From Nemertoderma westbladi (taxonomy: Eukaryota > Animalia > Xenacoelomorpha), in NCBI GenBank assembly GCA_032718475.1, contig JAUCBJ010008795.1, positions 1 through 64,000 on the forward strand: DNA of 64,000 bases, given 5' to 3'. Under the pieces are notes generated by a model that was not told where the DNA came from, searched no databases, and saw only the letters and a program-made list of their open reading frames with translations. The position numbers and the translations under genes are program-made. This document shows, piece after piece, positions 12,391-24,800 of the stretch. The stretch's first letter is position 1; every line of letters starts with the position of its first letter.

Positions 12391-12537
12391 TTTTTAAGTA
12401 AGAAAGTAAAGACTATGTTGGCATAGTATAGTAGTAGTAGGGTACAGGGTAAAAAGTAAGTAGCAAGGTAGATAGGATGATAGCACATACAGGGGTAACA
12501 TAAGGAAAATTGGCACTTTGGGAGTGGTAGAGAACAC

Positions 12538-12720
12538 AGAACATTGTGGAGCAGTGGGGATGGGCCAGCTCATGGGCCTAGTCTGCCACAAGCGATGGAC
12601 TGGGGCAATTTCCGGGAGGAGCACGGGGTGGGCACAGGACATTGTGGAGCAGTGGCGATGGGCCAGCTCATGAGGCTTGTCTGCCACAAGCCAATGGACT
12701 GGGGTAATTTCCCGAGAGGA
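12538..12720. repeat. Two-copy ~100-bp direct repeat
   Basis: ACATTGTGGAGCAGTGG.GATGGGCCAGCTCATG...ATGGACTGGGG.AATTTCC occurs twice. Confidence 0.85.
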
Positions 12721-13120
12721 GTATGATAGGAGTACGGGGGAAGTATGGAGAGGAGGTGTTGGCGCGTGAGAAAGTGAGAGGAGTGCAATTCAAGTATGGG
12801 GAACGAGCAGAGAGAGAGAGAGTAAGGGACAGAGGGGTCCGAGAGTGAGGTTAGAGTGAGTTCAGAGTGAGAGTTTTGAAAATTGTGTGAAGAGTCCACA
12901 ATTGTCTCAAACGGAGACGTCAGATACCTTGGTGCAACATAGCTCGCGATTGCACCAAGGAAGGGCAGTAATATCATACCCAGGGGGGGGGCGGCCTGGA
13001 AAGCCAATCCCGAGAAAAGAACTCCACCCCACACCCGATACTAGATCGGGTTCCAGCGGAATTGAAGCGCACTTGAGGTTGATGCTATCTTCTCACCGGG
13101 AAGATAGCATGGGGGGGGAG

Positions 13121-13554
13121 TGTAAGCGGATTCAATTCCACTTCATTACCCACCAGAAAATGGGATAGTGGCATTTTAGCAATATGTTGGAGATACGAGA
13201 TTACCAATATTAATCACGTATCATAACCAACATTGGGGGGGGGGGGGGGGGCAACACAAGCCCCAAAGCCACATAGAAAGGAAGGTTAGAGGTCAAACCA
13301 CCTCGGAGGGAACACAGCTAGTAGAGGCTAGCAGTAGAGGGGAAACACTCCCAGAGAGTGCCAAGGGTGACAAGTAGCATATTAGCCAATAGAGGGGAGG
13401 GAAGCACGTGATAGGGAGCAGGAAAGCATCCATTGGGTAGGAGGCCAAGGTAGACTAGGAGGTGAAACGATATTTAGTGTATCAATCATATATTATGTCA
13501 GATTCTTGGATTGGTACATCAGTTGGTTATTCAGTTTAGTGCAGACCAGTAACA
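13121..13554 (+). repeat. Candidate 3' LTR
   Basis: Polypurine tract GGGGGGGGAG (13111-13120) is directly followed by TGTAAG; the segment ends in AGTAACA. No 5' copy was seen in the window. Confidence 0.55.
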
Positions 13555-13558
13555 ATTA

Positions 13559-13792
13559 TTGACCATCATCGGCCGTCATCGGCACTATCGTACCGGTATC
13601 TATTATATCTGTATTTCTGCCGTATTAATTGTGCTAGCATTTTCTAACATCAAGAGACAACACCAAACTCTTATTGTTTTCTCCAACGGCCTCGGCGAAG
13701 CTGTTAGCACCATCCCAAAGCAGAATGGTGACGCGTACTACAATTACCCGGTCAGGATCTCTGATCCCGTCACATTACTGGTGGTTTCAAAG
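13559..13792 (+). pseudogene. Putative 5' coding segment of a type II membrane glycosyltransferase-like gene (no ATG; abuts the LTR)
   Basis: Basic stretch, then hydrophobic TM-like GIYYICISAVLIVLAFS, a stem region and DPVTLLVVSK, ending at the first AG|GT of the satellite. Confidence 0.35.
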
Positions 13793-16700
13793 GTTCATTC
13801 GCGTTACCAGTGGCTTCAAAGGTTCATTCACATTACTGGTGGCTTCAAAGGTTCATTCGCGTTACCGGTGGTTTCAAAGGTTCATTCGCATTACCAGTGG
13901 TTTCAAAGGTTCATTCGCATTACCGATGGCTTCAAAGGTTCATTCGCATTACCAGTGGCTTCAAAGGTTCATTCGCTTTACCGGTGGTTTCAAAGGTTCA
14001 TTCGCGTATTAGTGGCTTCAAAGGTTCATTTGCATTACCGCTGGTTTCAAAGGTTCATTCGCGTTACTGGTGCGGTGGCTTCAAAGGTTCATTCGCGTTA
14101 CTGGTGCGGTGGCTTCAAAGGTTCATTCGCGTTACTGGTGCGGTGGCTTCAAAGGTTCATTTGCGTTACTGGTGGCTTCAAAGGTTCATTTGCGTTACTG
14201 GTGGCTTCAAAGGTTCATTTGCATTACTGGTGGCTTCAAAGGTTCATTCGCATTACCGGTGGCTTCAAAGGTTCATTCGCATTACCAGTGGCTTCAAAGG
14301 TTCATTCGCTTTACCGGTGGTTTCAAAGGTTCATTCGCGTATTAGTGGCTTCAAAGGTTCATTTGCATTACCGCTGGTTTCAAAGGTTCATTCGCGTATT
14401 AGTGGCTTCAAAGGTTCATTTGCATTACCGCTGGTTTCAAAGGTTCATTCGCGTTACTGGTGCGGTGGCTTCAAAGGTTCATTCGCGTTACCGGTGGCTT
14501 CAAAGGTTCATTCGCTTTACCAGTGGTTTCAAAGGTTCATTCGCGTATTAGTGGCTTCAAAGGTTCATTCGCGTTACCGCTGGTTTCAAAGGTTCATTCG
14601 CGTTACTGGTGCGGTGGCTTCAAAGGTTCTTTCGCATTACCAGTGGCTTCAAAGGTTCATTCGCGTTACCGGTGGCTTCAAAGGTTCATTCGCTTTACCA
14701 GTGGTTTCAAAGGTTCATTCGCGTATTAGTGGCTTCAAAGGTTCATTCGCGTTACCGCTGGTTTCAAAGGTTCATTCGCGTTACTGGTGCGGTGGCTTCA
14801 AAGGTTCATTCGCGTTACTGGTGGCTTCAAAGGTTCATTCGCTTTACCAGTGGTTTCAAAGGTTCATTCGCGTATTAGTGGCTTCAAAGGTTCATTCGCG
14901 TTACCGGTGGCTTCAATGGTTCATTCGCATTACCGGTGGTTTCAAAGGTTCATTCGCGTTACTGGTGGTTTCAAAGGTTCATTCGCATTACTGGTGGCTT
15001 CAAAGGTTCATTCGCGTTACTGGTGGTTTCAAAGGTTCATTCGCGTTACTGGTGGCTTCAAAGGTTCATTTGTGTTACCAGTGGCATCAAAGGTTCTTTC
15101 GCATTACCAGTGGTTTCAAAGGTTCATTCGCGTTACCGCTGTCTTCAAAGGTTCATTCGCGTTACCGGTGGTTTCAAAGGTTCATTCACGTTACCGGTGG
15201 CTTCAAAGGTTCATTCGCGTTACTGGTGGCTTCAAAGGTTCATTCGCGTTACCGCTGTCTTCAAAGGTTCATTCGCGTTACCGCTGTCTTCAAAGGTTCA
15301 TTCGCGTTACCGGTGGTTTCAAAGGTTCATTCACGTTACCGGTGGCTTCAAAGGTTCATTCGCGTTACTGGTGGCTTCAAAGGTTCATTCGCGTTACCGC
15401 TGTCTTCAAAGGTTCATTCGCGTTACCGGTGGCTTCAAAGGTTCATTCGCGTTACTGGTGGCTTCAAAGGTTCATTCGCGTTACCGGTGGCTTCAAAGGT
15501 TCATTCGCGTTACTGGTGGCTTCAAAGGTTCATTCGCGTTACCGCTGTCTTCAAAGGTTCATTCGCGTTACCACTGTCTTCAAAGGTTCATTCGCGTTAC
15601 CGGTGGTTTCAAAGGTTCATTCACGTTACCGGTGGCTTCAAAGGTTCATTCGCGTTACTGGTGGCTTCAAAGGTTCATTCGCGTTACCGCTGTCTTCAAA
15701 GGTTCATTCGCGTTACCGCTGTCTTCAAAGGTTCATTCGCGTTACCGGTGGTTTCAAAGGTTCATTCACGTTACCGGTGGCTTCAAAGGTTCATTCGCGT
15801 TACTGGTGGCTTCAAAGGTTCATTCGCGTTACCAGTGGCTTCAAAGGTTTATTCACGTTACCGGTGGTGGTTTCAAAGGTTTATTCGCGTTACCGGTGGC
15901 TTCAAAGGTTCATTCGCGTTACTGGTGGTTTCAAAGGTTTATTCACGTTACCAGTGGTTTCAAAGGTTTATTCGCGTTACCGGTGGTTTCAAAGGTTCAT
16001 TCGCGTTACTGGTGGTTTCAAAGGTTCATTCGCATTACTGGTGGCTTCAAAGGTTCATTCGCGTTACTGGTGGTTTCAAAGGTTCATTCGCGTTACTGGT
16101 GGCTTCAAAGGTTCATTTGTGTTACCAGTGGCATCAAAGGTTCTTTCGCATTACCAGTGGTTTCAAAGGTTCATTCGCGTTACCGCTGTCTTCAAAGGTT
16201 CATTCGCGTTACCGGTGGTTTCAAAGGTTCATTCACGTTACCGGTGGCTTCAAAGGTTCATTCGCGTTACTGGTGGCTTCAAAGGTTCATTCGCGTTACC
16301 GCTGTCTTCAAAGGTTCATTCGCGTTACCGCTGTCTTCAAAGGTTCATTCGCGTTACCGGTGGTTTCAAAGGTTCATTCACGTTACCGGTGGCTTCAAAG
16401 GTTCATTCGCGTTACTGGTGGCTTCAAAGGTTCATTCGCGTTACCGCTGTCTTCAAAGGTTCATTCGCGTTACCGGTGGCTTCAAAGGTTCATTCGCGGT
16501 ACTGGTGGCTTCAAAGGTTCATTCGCGTTACCGGTGGCTTCAAAGGTTCATTCGCGTTACTGGTGGCTTCAAAGGTTCATTCGCGTTACCGCTGTCTTCA
16601 AAGGTTCATTCGCGTTACCGCTGTCTTCAAAGGTTCATTCGCGTTACCGGTGGTTTCAAAGGTTCATTCACGTTACCGGTGGCTTCAAAGGTTCATTCGC

Positions 16701-19700
16701 GTTACTGGTGGCTTCAAAGGTTCATTCGCGTTACCGCTGTCTTCAAAGGTTCATTCGCGTTACCGCTGTCTTCAAAGGTTCATTCGCGTTACCGGTGGTT
16801 TCAAAGGTTCATTCACGTTACCGGTGGCTTCAAAGGTTCATTCGCGTTACTGGTGGCTTCAAAGGTTCATTCGCGTTACCAGTGGCTTCAAAGGTTTATT
16901 CACGTTACCGGTGGTGGTTTCAAAGGTTTATTCGCGTTACCGGTGGCTTCAAAGGTTCATTCGCGTTACTGGTGGTTTCAAAGGTTTATTCACGTTACCA
17001 GTGGTTTCAAAGGTTTATTCGCGTTACCGGTGGCTTCAAAGGTTCATTCGCGTTACCGGTGGTTTCAAAGGTTCATTCGCGTTACCGGTGGCTTCAAAGG
17101 TTCATTCGCGTTACCGGTGGTTTCAAAGGTTCATTCGCGTTACCGGTGGTTTCAAAGGTTCATTCGCGTTACCGGTGGTTTCAAAGGTTTATTCACGTTA
17201 CCGGTGGTGGTTTCAAAGGTTCATTCGCGTTACCGGTGGTTTCAAAGGTTCATTCGCGTTACCGGTGGCTTCAAAGGTTCATTCGCGTTACCGGTGGTTT
17301 CAAAGGTTCATTCGCGTTACCGGTGGTTTCAAAGGTTCATTCGCGTTACCGGTGGCTTCAAAGGTTCATTCGCGTTACCGGTGGTTTCAAAGGTTCATTC
17401 GCGTTACCGGTGGCTTCAAAGGTTCATTCGCGTTACCGGTGGTTTCAAAGGTTCATTCACGTTACCGGTGGCTTCAAAGGTTCATTCGCGTTACCGGTGG
17501 TTTCAAAGGTTCATTCACGTTACCGGTGGCTTCAAAGGTTCATTCGCGTTACCGGTGGCTTCAAAGGTTCATTCGCGTTACCGGTGGTTTCAAAGGTTCA
17601 TTCACGTTACCGGTGGCTTCAAAGGTTCATTCGCGTTACCGGTGGTTTCAAAGGTTCATTCACGTTACCGGTGGCTTCAAAGGTTCATTCGCGTTACCGG
17701 TGGCTTCAAAGGTTCATTCGCGTTACCGGTGGTTTCAAAGGTTCATTCGCGTTACCGGTGGTTTCAAAGGTTCATTCGCGTTACCGGTGGTTTCAAAGGT
17801 TTATTCACGTTACCGGTGGTGGTTTCAAAGGTTCATTCGCGTTACCGGTGGTTTCAAAGGTTCATTCGCGTTACCGGTGGCTTCAAAGGTTCATTCGCGT
17901 TACCGGTGGTTTCAAAGGTTCATTCGCGTTACCGGTGGTTTCAAAGGTTCATTCGCGTTACCGGTGGCTTCAAAGGTTCATTCGCGTTACCGGTGGTTTC
18001 AAAGGTTCATTCGCGTTACCGGTGGCTTCAAAGGTTCATTCGCGTTACCGGTGGTTTCAAAGGTTCATTCACGTTACCGGTGGCTTCAAAGGTTCATTCG
18101 CGTTACCGGTGGTTTCAAAGGTTTATTCACGTTACCGGTGGTGGTTTCAAAGGTTCATTCGCGTTACCGGTGGTTTCAAAGGTTCATTCGCGTTACCGGT
18201 GGCTTCAAAGGTTCATTCGCGTTACCGGTGGTTTCAAAGGTTCATTCGCGTTACCGGTGGCTTCAAAGGTTCATTCGCGTTACCGGTGGTTTCAAAGGTT
18301 TATTCACGTTACCAGTGGTTTCAAAGGTTTATTCGCGTTACCGGTGGCTTCAAAGGTTCATTCGCGTTACTGGTGGTTTCAAAGGTTCATTCGCGTTACC
18401 GGTGGCTTCAAAGGTTCATTCGCGTTACCGGTGGTTTCAAAGGTTCATTTGCATTACCGGTGGCTTCAAAGGTTCATTCGCGTTACCGGTGGTTTCAAAG
18501 GTTTATTCACGTTACCAGTGGTTTCAAAGGTTTATTCGCGTTACCGGTGGCTTCAAAGGTTCATTCGCGTTACTGGTGGTTTCAAAGGTTCATTCGCGTT
18601 ACCGGTGGTTTCAAAGGTTTATTCGCGTTACCGGTGGCTTCAAAGGTTCATTCGTGTTACTGGTGGTTTCAAAGGTTCATTCGCGTTACCGGTGGCTTCA
18701 AAGGTTCATTCGCGTTACCGGTGGTTTCAAAGGTTTATTCACGTTACCGGTGGTGGTTTCAAAGGTTCATTCGCGTTACCGGTGGTTTCAAAGGTTCATT
18801 CGCGTTACCGGTGGCTTCAAAGGTTCATTCGCGTTACCGGTGGTTTCAAAGGTTTATTCACGTTACCGGTGGTGGTTTCAAAGGTTCATTCGCGTTACCG
18901 GTGGTTTCAAAGGTTCATTTGCATTACCGGTGGCTTCAAAGGTTCATTCGCTTTACCGGTGGTTTCAAAGGTTCATTCGCGTTACCGCTGTCTTCAAAGG
19001 TTCATTCGCGTTACCGCTGTCTTCAAAGGTTCATTCGCGTTACCGGTGGTTTCAAAGGTTCATTCACGTTACCGGTGGCTTCAAAGGTTCATTCGCGTTA
19101 CTGGTGGCTTCAAAGGTTCATTCGCGTTACCGCTGTCTTCAAAGGTTCATTCGCGTTACCGGTGGCTTCAATGGTTCATTCGCATTACCGGTGGTTTCAA
19201 AGGTTCATTCGCGTTACTGGTGGTTTCAAAGGTTCATTCGCATTACTGGTGGCTTCAAAGGTTCATTCGCGTTACCGGTGGCTTCAAAGGTTCATTCGCG
19301 TTACTGGTGGTTTCAAAGGTTCATTCGCGTTACCGGTGGTTTCAAAGGTTCATTCGCGTATTAGTGGCTTCAAAGGTTCATTCGCGTTACTGGTGGTTTC
19401 AAAGGTTCATTCGCGTTACTGGTGGCTTCAAAGGTTCATTTGTGTTACCAGTGGCATCAAAGGTTCTTTCGCATTACCGGTGGTTTCAAAGGTTTATTCA
19501 CGTTACCGGTGGTGGTTTCAAAGGTTCATTCGCGTTACCGGTGGTTTCAAAGGTTCATTCACGTTACCGGTGGCTTCAAAGGTTCATTCGCGTTACTGGT
19601 GGCTTCAAAGGTTCATTCGCGTTACCGCTGTCTTCAAAGGTTCATTCGCGTTACCGCTGTCTTCAAAGGTTCATTCGCGTTACCGGTGGTTTCAAAGGTT

Positions 19701-20493
19701 CATTCACGTTACCGGTGGCTTCAAAGGTTCATTCGCGTTACTGGTGGCTTCAAAGGTTCATTCGCGTTACCGCTGTCTTCAAAGGTTCATTCGCGTTACC
19801 GGTGGCTTCAAAGGTTCATTCGCGTTACTGGTGGCTTCAAAGGTTCATTCGCGTTACCGGTGGCTTCAAAGGTTCATTCGCGTTACTGGTGGCTTCAAAG
19901 GTTCATTCGCGTTACCGCTGTCTTCAAAGGTTCATTCGCGTTACCGCTGTCTTCAAAGGTTCATTCGCGTTAACGGTGGTTTCAAAGGTTCATTCACGTT
20001 ACCGGTGGCTTCAAAGGTTCATTCGCGTTACTGGTGGCTTCAAAGGTTCATTCGCGTTACCGCTGTCTTCAAAGGTTCATTCGCGTTACCGGTGGTTTCA
20101 AAGGTTCATTCGCGTTACCGGTGGCTTCAAAGGTTCATTCGCGTTACCGGTGGTTTCAAAGGTTTATTCACGTTACCAGTGGTTTCAAAGGTTTATTCGC
20201 GTTACCGGTGGCTTCAAAGGTTCATTCGCGTTACTGGTGGTTTCAAAGGTTCATTCGCGTTACCGGTGGTTTCAAAGGTTTATTCGCGTTACCGGTGGCT
20301 TCAAAGGTTCATTCGCGTTACTGGTGGTTTCAAAGGTTCATTCGCGTTACCGGTGGCTTCAAAGGTTCATTCGCGTTACCGGTGGTTTCAAAGGTTTATT
20401 CACGTTACCGGTGGTGGTTTCAAAGGTTCATTCGCGTTACCGGTGGTTTCAAAGGTTCATTCGCGTTACCGCTGTCTTCAAAGGTTCATTCGC
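13775..20493. repeat. 29-bp tandem satellite, ~230 copies (TTCAAAGGTTCATTCGCGTTACCGGTGG[C/T])
   Basis: Direct reading; the 29-aa translation period equals 3 units; 28-, 32- and 34-bp variant units are present. Confidence 0.98.
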
Positions 20494-20567
20494 TGTACGC
20501 GCTTTTAAAGACCTTCAGCAGTTTAACCTGCCGAAATTTATATGTCTTTATTGATAATCTGCCTTTT
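20484..20567 (+). pseudogene. Putative continuation of the glycosyltransferase-like frame (VHSLYALLKTFSSLTCRNLYVFIDNLPF)
   Basis: In frame with 13559-13792 if the array is removed at AG|GT; followed by a GTAAGA donor-like site at 20568. Confidence 0.35.
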
Positions 20568-20798
20568 GTAAGATGATAAGATTTAATACAAAACAAACCA
20601 AAAACATTAGCCGAAGCCAGTCCATGCGCGTCCAAATGACCCGTTTATAACACCGGGAGACTGGATTCGTGGGCTTAAATTTATTTGCGGTCAAGCCTAC
20701 TGTATTATTCGATTGATTACTAATATATAATCTCTGACAAATATTATTCACTTTCGGGAAATATTAGCAGTTCCTTTTAGGACGTGGCGCTCTACCTA

Positions 20799-21065
20799 TG
20801 TAAACAGAGTTATGACTGATATTACACACAACGATATGGCTTAAATTTCAAGCATAGGGCGCATTCTTTAGGAATGCTTTATTATCAGATCCAAATCACT
20901 TTACAATCACGCACGCTACCGGTAACGCACAACACTGCTCACTGATATGCCGACAGTTACTGACTTTGATCAGGTATAAAGAGATACGCACTGGACTCAG
21001 GTAGTGTCTGTCAAACAACATTAGATTCACTACAAACACAATAATAAAGTCGCAATTGTTGTACA
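20799..21065 (-). repeat. Candidate 3' LTR of the minus-strand retroelement
   Basis: On the minus strand: purine tract AGAGAGAAGGG, then TGTACAAC...AATAAA...GTTTACA (TGT...ACA with imperfect inverted ends). No matching 5' LTR was recognised. Confidence 0.45.
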
Positions 21066-21820
21066 TAACCCTTCTCTCTAACCTGTAGTGTATCAAGGAT
21101 ATTGGGAAAACGTGGGTTGATTATTGATATTCTTCAACTAATAACATCCAATTATACTGATACAAAATTACAAACAGTAAAAGCAGTATGACGGTAGGTT
21201 AAGATATAATTAGATTGCATTGAATCGTTAATAGCGAATTGAACCGTTTGTTTGGTAAGATAATAGCTATGCTTTCTATAATTTAGCCTACTAATGTTCT
21301 TATAAAAAGGCAGAAAACATTTCGCTATCTCAACACGGTCTTAAAACACTGATAATAAAGTCCTAAAATCATAACAAAATCATAACAAAAAGTCCCGTGA
21401 CTTTAGCTCTCTTATTTTCCAAGAATCCCGTTCAACACATGTAATCAGCAGTGAGACAGGATAATTTCAGTTCAGTAGCTCGGGATTGGTCGAAATCAGA
21501 ACTAACTCAACGCAGGGCTATGGGTAACTAGGGCAACCTTCCCAAGCCGGCTGGCCAATCGAACAGCTCAGATCCCTCCTAAAGGATTCCAACGCCTTGG
21601 AGGGGGGAACTGGTTAGCAAAGAAAACAAATCAGTCATATCCCAGAAAAACCTTTACAGTAGGTTTCAGAGTATTTTAGCGTATGGGGGAAAAACTGGGT
21701 TGCGGGGCGAAGGGCCAGTTACATCCCACAGAAGCTTTTACACCGCTCCCAGAAAATGAGATTGAAGTCTATAAAATATACAAAATCGCAGTTTCTAATA
21801 TACATAAATACTCTAAACCG

Positions 21821-24800
21821 TTAGTCTTTCTTGCGCGGACGGCGTTTACGCAGTTTTTTAAAGCTAGCCAGAGTCCTTTTCTCTTTGGGGCGAGCCACTT
21901 TACAAGGAGGGCTATAACTCCTGGGTGAAGGGTGCAATATAATTGCATCAGAGGGTGCAGGATTGTTATCGGTATATCCGCCAGTTGAGGTTCCGGGTAG
22001 GTTGTCATCAACATCGGGGGACTGGGGTCTAACGGCCTTTAGGGCGCGTTTTAGGACGGCTGCTCTCACAGGTCCTCTGCGAGTGGTCTGAACGGAAGCC
22101 GTGGGTGGACCGTAGGCTGTCAGAAACTGCCTTGGTTTAACGGTTCTCTCCAACTCGCGTTCGCGGGCTCGATATTCGTAAGGCCTTCGATATACTTCTT
22201 GTAACTCAGGATGCGAGTTAACGAATAATTCTCCATAGTCCGGATCGCGTCGGATAAAGTTGATTAAATAATAGGAATGAATATCATTGGGGTTAACTCT
22301 CCTAAGGAATTTGCGCACAAACTTAGTCGAAATACATTCTCCGACGCGCTTTAATAGCTCGTAACTCGGGATGCACGCTTTCTGTTCGACAGAAGCGAAT
22401 AAATACGGATGGAACGCATAGACTCCTTCGTAAGCGCGTCCAGGGTAGTAGCGATGACGTGAGTTACAATGTAAATCAGCGTTCGCTTCCCAAGCTCGAA
22501 TGTAACGGAGTACAATCATTTCGTCTACACTCTCCAAATCTTTATTGAAGGGACAATCAAAGCTGGCGTGTCCTTTCAGCTGACAATGGTGGCATTGCGT
22601 CATGAACTGGGGGCAGACAGCAAAAATGTGCGAATCATTGAGTCGACAATAAGCGCAGTAAATTTCCATCGAAGGCTGTTCGTGGAAATAGGAACATAGG
22701 ATATTCGTATCCATAGGCGTAATATGGTCTCTAGATGCGCATAACCGACAACGCTGACGATCAACATAGTTGGCATGGCGATAATCGTACGCAGTGAGAC
22801 ACTGTGGACCTTGATACCATTCGATAATATAATCGTTGTCGCTGTTCCGGGGCGTAGTAGGTTGAATCTCCTCAGATTCCATACACATAGGCTCGTCTTC
22901 CCAGTGTGTAGCTGCGGCGAGCGTAGTTGACTCTTCCGGTGGACCTACTGTTTGAATCTCAACGACAGAATAACCTGTGGTGAGTCGAGGTCTTTGTATA
23001 ACAGAAGAATGTAAATTCTCGATGCAAATATCCTTAAATAGGGCAAATCCGGCACTATCCAACTTCTCAGCAGCTGAGCTTCTCAGGCTGAGCTTGGTCA
23101 ACGCGCGATCTTTAAATTGGCTATCCACGTTGTGGAACGGGGTTAGAAATCGCCGGAAACATTCAAAGCGTATGAATTTGTTATGTTCATCTAGCTTAGC
23201 GAGTTTGGTTCCAAGTATTAACGGATGGGCGCGTATAGTACGACTGCACACGTCGGCTAGCCAACCGGAAAGTGCGGTATTTTCCAAGATCGTGTAGATA
23301 GCTAAAGAGGGACGGAGTGGAACACTCATGAAGCTATACACGGCGCCAGGTGCGGTCAACGGTCCGTCAAAATATAATCGGGAATAATGGTCTCCATATA
23401 CTTGTTGATAATTAAGGGAATTTCCAACCTTGAAATTCCATCCGTATTCCTGAAAGGCAATATGTCCGATGGAAGTTCGTTGAACTTTAGTAATGTCGTT
23501 AGACGTATTAGCGTACATGGTACGGAAGAAACCTCGGCCTTCTGCCCAAGGTGCAATTAACTGCGTGTCTACAAATGGATATGGTGTATCCTCCATATTT
23601 CGAAAATCATTTTGTAGATCTCCATAAACGGCGGAACCGATTTTAAGGATCTTTTCATTGAACAACATCTCGAGCACGGGTTGGGGTAGCATCGATCCAT
23701 CGATACCCATGGCCGGTTTACGTTCGGTATCAATGACGTAACGCTGCGCGAGTACGAATTGACCATGCCGAAGATTCTTTTGTGTTTCCGTGAGAGTTTC
23801 AAAAGAATAATCAACCACGTCGGAACACGCTCGAGTAAACACGTGGGTAGAACCGGCTAATCCGCGTATATGGATCATGCGCGTGGTTCCTAATTCTCCG
23901 ACTGGAACGCTGCCTTCATTATCGTAGGTAACTACTCCATACATCTCGATGATATTAAGGGTCTCATTCCACTCTTTTGTAGCGTTCTCGAGGGTCATCC
24001 CTACCGGGTGCCATAAGGTAGCACATTGGTTAGCGTCAGGGAGATCACTATACTTCAAGGATTGAGTGTTACACGTCTCCATATTTCCGTGTCTTTTTAT
24101 TCTCTCCTCCTCGAATAATACGTCGAGATTCCAATGGACTAATCGAGTTTTAATGAATCCATCGAGGTTATAAGGAGGTATCGTATCATTCTCAATTCTA
24201 GAAATGTTATATGGTTTTCTAAAAGAGTTTACCTTTACTAACTGATCCAAATGTTTCTGTAATTGTTCGAGTTCGACAATGTCCAGAGGATTTATTAACG
24301 GTAGAAACTTCAAGCTATGCATAGGATCTTCTGGTTTTATCATATAATATTGAGTCAGATTAACGTAATAAGGGTGATCTTTAATCCCATAAAACGAGTT
24401 CGTTAAAGGGCGAGCGCGTATGTTAATATCGTGTACCATACGACGGACAAGATCCGCTCGATTGTCCGGAGGTTCTACGAGTATACCGTCAACGCGAGCA
24501 GCTTCGATCGGCTGGCGCTGTAACATGGGGGCGTCGGCGATAAGCTGGTGTGATCCTGTACTAATATCGACCGGTTGGGGTTGTACTTTCGCGAAGAGTT
24601 TATCTCCGAAGTTGGGAATCATCGAGGGATGACGGATAGTTTTAGAGTATAAGTCCGTCATAAGGATTTGGGTTTCGGGTTGAGCTAAAGCGGCTTCTTC
24701 CCTCTCGTCCATTTCCGTATGTTTCTTTTCGAGTTGGTTCTCTTCCGCTCGTTGTCTCATACGCTCGTCTAGAAACTCCTGGAGAGAGTACGTGCGTCCC

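Larger units (their letters stand above)
9677..13554 (+). mobile_element. Degenerate, 5'-truncated BEL/Pao LTR retrotransposon (gag C-terminus, zinc knuckles, aspartic protease; no RT or integrase)
   Basis: Gag-like LPIWLRNKW...FLNYEAEL; CHRCVVEGHRFGEC knuckle; protease LMLVDSGAAFTLV and IIVGMDC; BEL-typical TPFGWMLSGP; several frameshifts; purine-rich 3' region. Confidence 0.8.

Noticed and set aside
13810-20554. Giant ORFs (2232, 1872 and 1525 aa) in all three + frames
   Set aside because: They arise because the 29-mer lacks + strand stop codons; all frames give the same cyclic peptide
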